NCBI GenBank assembly: GCA_964016885.1
Contig: OZ024750.1
Span: 46,376,001 to 46,440,000 of the forward strand
DNA from: Eledone cirrhosa
Taxonomy: Eukaryota
Direction: 5' to 3'
Length of the DNA stretch: 64,000 nucleotides
Shown: in pieces, positions 59,201 to 64,000 of the stretch
Layout of the letters: each line of letters opens with the position of its first letter
How positions within the stretch are numbered: position 1 is the first letter of the stretch
Translations under genes and position numbers: made by a program
The notes under the pieces: model-generated
What the model was told of the DNA's origin: nothing
Databases searched by the model: none
What the model saw: the letters and a program-made list of their open reading frames with translations, nothing else

Positions 59201-59727
59201 TCGGCCAGGTCAAATCGGCCGAGTAACCCCTTGAGGCTGTTGCACCCCTCTCTATCGGGACATGCCCCTGCATAGTCCCAACGTGCATCCAGGATACCAT
59301 TCCAATCCCCCACTAAAAGCAGGGAACGGGACGTCCCTAGAAAAGACTCCAGACGCTGGAAAAAGTCGGGCCGCTCTGTCCCAAAAGGGGCATATGCGGC
59401 TATCAGCCTAAAGGCTCTACCTTCACCACTGCCAAGGTCCAGCACCACCAGTCGACCCCCTGGGTCCAAGTGAACTATCTGTGTTGCAAGGCCCATATGT
59501 TTTTGCAGCAGAACGACAACCCCACCCCCACCTCCGGGCTGACAGAGAGATGCGTGCATCTCAAAGTCGTCAAAGGTGGGGGCTAGCTGTCGCATGCTGC
59601 TGATCCGGGCCTCGCAGATAACCATCACATTTATAGATTGTGACCTGAGGTCATTTAGAAGCATTGCTTGCTTCCAAGACGAGCCCAGGCCACGCGCATT
59701 TAGACACCCTACTCTTAGCACAGCCAT
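56290..59727 (-). CDS. LINE ORF2: APE endonuclease + reverse transcriptase + C-terminal CCHC (zf-RVT-like)
   Basis: Uninterrupted from ATG 59727 (MAVLRVGCLNARG). EN motifs: GDWN, YLDR, SDH. RT motifs: KSPGLDG, FRPITLLN, LDQSKAFDRVDH, RQGCPLS, AYADD. C-terminus: CPRC..EETVAHALVHC. Confidence 0.95.
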   Translation of the reverse strand: MAVLRVGCLNARGLGSSWKQAMLLNDLRSQSINVMVICEARISSMRQLAPTFDDFEMHASLCQPGGGGGVVVLLQKHMGLATQIVHLDPGGRLVVLDLGSGEGRAFRLIAAYAPFGTERPDFFQRLESFLGTSRSLLLVGDWNGILDARWDYAGACPDREGCNSLKGLLGRFDLADRFRLDFPTVPTWSWSNRSGSSRSYLDRFLVRNKDRDFLSCPEMLMVGYSDHKLVTCMVNLDRTHRQGPGYWKLNLSLPASRAYRNRISTLVKERLTGAIVNSRWWVSLKREIRVVSIEFSKVLAADRNRKERELIDRVEEAIRSGDVARVLASRTALSQFFDAKHEGCVVRSKIRALGNEGAKAVSWARVTEANSGTKSTIRSLRDLDGRAILEPKQMCEAFQRHFARLFGRGGEPVGNVDFGPYLDGLPRLSDREAKSCEEPISAAEIEDVLSQCGKRKSPGLDGLPYELYLAMPDLFPDLLEAVYCNWQQNGRIPCTVTKGVVTLVRKDENKGDEISNFRPITLLNTELQILAKVLAKRLGLVVGNLVGDAQTCAIPSRSIHDNLHLMRYIIERVGNEPGFGGALINLDQSKAFDRVDHGYLDAVLAAAGFGPVFRGWITAMHSSRICSRVKVNGYLSEPFKIARSIRQGCPLSSLLYVLTLEPLLRKLELLQGIPLEPGLRKAVSAYADDVTVMVSTASEIEAVGTLLEEYEKFTGAKLNRDKSIGLQLGTWRGRPMPSDGVVGRWTEGPVKLLGVWFGPDLQVEKNWAEVTNRVFALTQKWASCKLSLKGRAEVANTYIASVIYYRLTVVPCPRETLTKMERALFQFLWKRRAPMVRISICCQHPSKGGLGMPWLMMRKHALRLRHLYVFLTGQPVWASFVRRTFPRLVSLTELQSWVKQRPRKLGAWHTECAQALTALWQADPVISGDSIATFYRGLVRSRCDDALGEALDMEEDELASLFGRTFSPGPMDNFQKSLAWQCYRGALPVRERLYRHGRPGRDPAKKICPRCVCDEETVAHALVHCSGVADLWGYVEQLLSGVGPIRLTTESIVMIKPPPPFKDEAEAVFLCVIAMAKEVVWWTRLKGLRSGTFLSGQQLVRFFRYHFGRRIRMEREVLHPSRFYERWVKVARMARVNGPSLYISL

Positions 59728-60061
59728 GTTGGTGGTAAAGAGAAAATGCACTTACCTCTCTGCGTCCCGGGAAACGGGCCGCTCAATTTCCATGCTGGTT
59801 GGGGATGGGTTGTTGGGTGGGGTTGTGGTTTGTGGAAGTGAAGGGGCATCGGTGTGTTGTGGGGTTGGGGTGTTTGTCGTTGAGTGGGTGTCTGGGTGAG
59901 GTGGGGGGGTGAAATTTTTTAGGAGGACGCGGTTGATTGGTTTGGCGCAGGGGGGGCCCACGTCCTCCGTGAAATTTATTTTCAGTGTTTTGTACAAGTG
60001 CATTGGGACTTTTATCATTTTCAAATGAGGTAGTCCCACAGCAGTTATAAAGTTTGGCCCT

Positions 60062-61401
60062 TCAGTTTGGACCGAAGGGTTTGCTGAAATTGTTTTCCGT
60101 AATTCTTTGTTGTCTGTGTTCATGTATGTGTATTGTAATGTCTTTTTTTGTGTAGCAGTTAGTGTTGTGTGACAGGGAGGGGTGGTTTGTGTGTAGTTTG
60201 TGTTCTCTTGGGGGGGGATTAAAGTTAACATGTGTGTCTGTGGTGCGTCTCCTCTTCTTTCTTTTTACTTGTTGGAAGGGATCTTTTTCGTCTTGCGACG
60301 AAAGAGGTTCGTCTTCCTTGTTGGGTGGGAGGGGTATGTTTTCTGGTAGTGTTTGCGGTGTGCGTGTTTTTGTATTTGTTTTGGGTGGGGAGGGATTGGG
60401 TGGGACAGTATTCTGTGTTATTTTTTCACGTGTTTGTTGTTGTTGTTGTTGTGGTGGTGGTGGTGGGGTTGTTGGTTTTTGTTGTTGTTGTGGTTGTTTT
60501 TGTTGTTGTAGTTGGGGTGGTGTTGGTGTTGGTAGCAGTGTTTTTTTCTGTGTGAGCTGGGGACAGGCAGCCCTCAGGTGACCTCTATTGCCACAGAGGT
60601 AACAGGAGGGACGCCTACCCTCCACAATAATGTTGAGGTGGGTACGGTCATCCAGCATGACGCGCTCAGGGATTTGGGCGATGCGTTCTGGCCTTATTTG
60701 GGTCAGAACTTCGAGGCTCGTTCCACTGAACGCGTCGCCGGATGCCTTCCCTATTGAGATGAGGTTGTCCTCGTCTAAATTGAGGAAACCGGTTAGTAAC
60801 CACCAGTAGTTTATGTTTGGGGTGATGGTGGTTATCCATATCCTCTGGGTTTTTTTACCCATGTAGGTGGGGAAGAAGGTGTAGTGTGTGGACCGAATTG
60901 GCGACACAGAGTATTTTTTTGCCGCCAATTCGTCTTTCATCAATATGGATAAACTCCCATAGAGTTTATCCTTTTGTATGAAAGTGATGTCTCTCATCGC
61001 GTCTTTCAAGACTAACTGAATTTCCGCTTGAGATGGTTGCGCTGGTTTCTTTGTTTTATTTAAAATTGTTCGGAATACGACAGTTCGTAATTCCGTCTGT
61101 CTTTTTAGCTCCGGAGGTGAATGTATAGAAAACGAACCGTTTTCGCCAAAAGACACATATTTCTTGGCTTTTTCCAGCATTTCTTTTGCTTTTGAAATAT
61201 CTTCCAGCACATAAGCGACTGATAATTTAGCCGTTTGTGCAAAAGATATTTTGTTTTCGTTTTGGATATTAGTATTGCTTTGTTTCTCGTCGTTTGAGTT
61301 GTTTTCATCTTTGTTGTTGTTGTTGTCTTTCTCGTTTCGTGTGTGGATACTTGTGACGTTTGTGTTGTTGTTGTTTTTGTTGTCTTTATTGTTGCTGTTG
61401 C

Positions 61402-61432
<31 letters not shown>

Positions 61433-61609
61433 GTTTTCAAATTCTTGTGTAGTTGTGGCTACATCTAGTGGTCGGTCAACAGGTGAAGACAATTCTTCCT
61501 CTCTCTGACCTCTGCCTTTGGCATCTGCTGCTGTGACAGTGGCAGGGGGAAGCTGTGAGTATGACTTCCCTTTTCTTTCTTTGATTGATGGTGAAGATGC
61601 TTCAGCCAT
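60062..61609 (-). CDS. LINE ORF1, gag-like nucleic-acid-binding protein with zinc knuckle
   Basis: ATG at 61609 (MAEASS). CYLCGNRGHLRAAC fits CX2CX4HX4C. Also has Asn-rich and Gln/Pro-rich tracts and a basic KRKKRRR segment. It sits upstream of ORF2. Confidence 0.88.
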
Positions 61610-63837
61610 TTTTCTCAAAATAGGGTTTTTCGAAGTTTTTCGAAAGATAAAATGTTCACAATACTATTTCGCCCAAAGGCGCAGAATATTTTGAGAGACC
61701 GACTAGATCAAAATTTGACCTGGCAGTCCCTCTACAAAATGGTACAAAAATGAAAGTTTACAGTTTACAATTTCCGTATGAATTTAAACAAAAACTTACC
61801 GAGCGAGCTCAGCACATGTGTCCATCGTAGAGAGGTAGAAGATTTAAAGATAGGGCGTTATAATATAGAGAAAGGGATGGGTTATAATATATAAAGAGAA
61901 GGGGGTTATAATATAGAGAGAGGGGGTTAAATATATAGAGAGAGAGATGGGGTTAAATATATATATATATATATAGAGAGTGAGAAGGGTGTTATAATAT
62001 ATAGAGAGAGTGGTTTTAATATATAGCGAAAGGGTTGGGTTTATATATATATAGAGGGGGGTTTAATATATTTAGGGAGAGGGGATTATCCGTGAATTTT
62101 TTCACGGGTCTAGCTAGTAATAATTAATAGTCTAGATACACTTTTTACCTTATTCGTATTTAAAATAGGAATAACAATCTTAAAATAATTGTTTCTAGTT
62201 TAGGCACAAGGCCAGCAACTTGAAAGCGGGGGGGGGGGGGAGTCGATTAAATCGACTCCATTGCTAACTGGTACTTTATTTTATGGACCCCCGTAAGTAT
62301 GAAAGCTGTACCCTGTAGGATTTGAAATCAGAACGCAAAAGGCCGTTACTCTATGCTGTAAAGAATGGTGTCCGCTATTCTACTGATACTTCCAATTCCC
62401 CCCCCCCCCCCCCTCAAAAAAAATAATGTATAAACAAACACATCCTTATTACAAACAGCAATATTGCCAAGAAAGTTAGATTAAACTACGAATAAGATTA
62501 ATTGTTTCTACTTTTGGCACAAGGCCAGCAATTACCCAGTGCATTACTGGTACTTTATTTTATCGACCCCGTAAGGATGAAAGGCAAAGTCAACCTCGGC
62601 GGGATTTGAACTCAGATCGTAAAGGGACGTAACTATGCTGGAAAGCATGGCGTCCGACCCTCTACCGATACTGCCAATCCACCGCAACTACGAATAAGAT
62701 TAATGCTTGAATGTTTAATTACCGTGGATTAGTACAATTAGTAGTGAGTCGGATAAAAGGTTCTTGTCGTATTTGTTCTGGTCCCTTATGTTTTAAATTT
62801 AACTCCTTCCAAGAACAACTTTACCTTTCATCTCTATGGGATCGATGAAATAAAGTATTGTCGTCGATTGAATCAACTTTGCATATTCTCATATTTTCTG
62901 GCCTTCTCTCTATATTAGAAATCAGTATTAAAACGTTTCAAGACCTCACATTTACGAAGTGTAATTTGATATTGAATGAAGCTAATTCCTATATACCATC
63001 CTAAACGGAGGAACGATTAAGAAGAAACATGTAAATATAAAGAAGAACAATCGATAATCGATCGACAAGGAGCCAGACCTCATTTGCATAACGAGTGGGG
63101 TGGAGCTCGTCAAATAGGACCGAGAGGAAACAATTTTTCCGTTAGTTTTTTTCCAATTGCTAATACAATGTCGGTCGCAACCACAGGCAGAAGGAGAAAC
63201 GTGATATAAAGTGTCTTGCTCAAGGACATAACGCATCATCCGGTCTGGGAATCGAAATCACAACCTCACGAATTCGAATCCAAATCTCTAACCTCTCAGC
63301 CTTCACAAGAACAATGCAGTTATAATATTTGGTACCAATCATATCAATAGCTACATCCATAAAACTCATGAAACACCTTAAGCGCTCACTTGATCTGCTA
63401 GAAGTAACAGCCAAATCCTTGTCAAACCATAGCCCCCTGGCGACAATATAAATGGTATTTATATAACGTAGCCCTCGATACACTACCAAATGGTAGAACA
63501 TTATATTCATGATTGGAAAGTCTATGAATTCACGTCTGTTAGATCCAAATCCATTCGGGGCTAAGCAAAAGCTAATATTACTTTCTAAGTACACTTAATC
63601 CTGTTTCTTCTAAATGTTTCTTCAAATTTCATCTCGTTAACATCTAATCAAACAGGTGGACGATTAGCCGACACACCTTCATTATCACAACCACTAGCAC
63701 CATTAATACAACACCCACCTCCCATTGCCACCACCACCACCAGCACCAGCAAGAACACAGAAAGCAGCATTATCATTACGATCACTACCCAAACACAGCC
63801 ATTATCGCCACCACCATCAACATCATCATCATCTACA

Positions 63838-63891
<54 letters not shown>

Positions 63892-64000
63892 TTCATCGTT
63901 ATCAACATCTGTAATACACATCTTAATTACAACATCATCATCATCATCATCATCACCTTCACCCCAACATCACCATAACTTGCCTCCATTTATCAACATC

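Larger units (their letters stand above)
56031..61841 (-). mobile_element. Full-length L1/Tx1-clade non-LTR retrotransposon
   Basis: Contains ORF1 and ORF2. The 3' end is AATAAAAGAAA. Target-site duplication ATTTAAAGATA lies at 56018-56028 and 61842-61852. GC content is much higher than in the flanks. Confidence 0.93.
55716..62117 (+). mobile_element. Non-autonomous Helitron-like element hosting the LINE
   Basis: 5' end ctatatattaatacg...gtcgtctgtcc. 3' hairpin CCGTGAA-ttt-TTCACGG followed by CTAG|T at 62114-62118. The same GA/TA minisatellite is present on both sides of the LINE. Confidence 0.6.

Noticed and set aside
56936-59899. Plus-strand ORFs within the LINE
   Set aside because: They are antisense shadows of the GC-rich ORF2.

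Overview
This window is AT-rich, microsatellite-dense animal DNA. The SINE content points to an octopod cephalopod (inference). Host coding content is limited to one clear exon on the minus strand (9415-9753, thrombospondin type-1 repeat, ADAMTS-like), so most of the window is probably intron or upstream sequence. Mobile DNA includes a full-length L1/Tx1-type LINE with an intact ORF2 (56031-61841, -) nested in a Helitron-like element. There is also a decayed Penelope-like element (PLE; RT + GIY-YIG, ~28960-30845), a second PLE 3' end, RTE and Ingi/Vingi-type LINE fragments, hAT/Harbinger/Mariner-type MITEs, about 30 tRNA-derived SINEs (often tandem) and many satellites. The most striking unannotated signal is about 12 short non-coding fold-back cassettes from several unrelated families, almost all inserted in (TA)n microsatellites. 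They share one design: inverted arm + arm + unpaired 40-100 nt tail. Many carry complete or half type-I hammerhead ribozyme motifs with palindromic helix III. One family matches the 3' end of the PLE in this window, so they look like ribozyme-bearing, inverted pseudo-LTR derivatives of PLEs. Almost all other ORFs in the track are simple-repeat artefacts.
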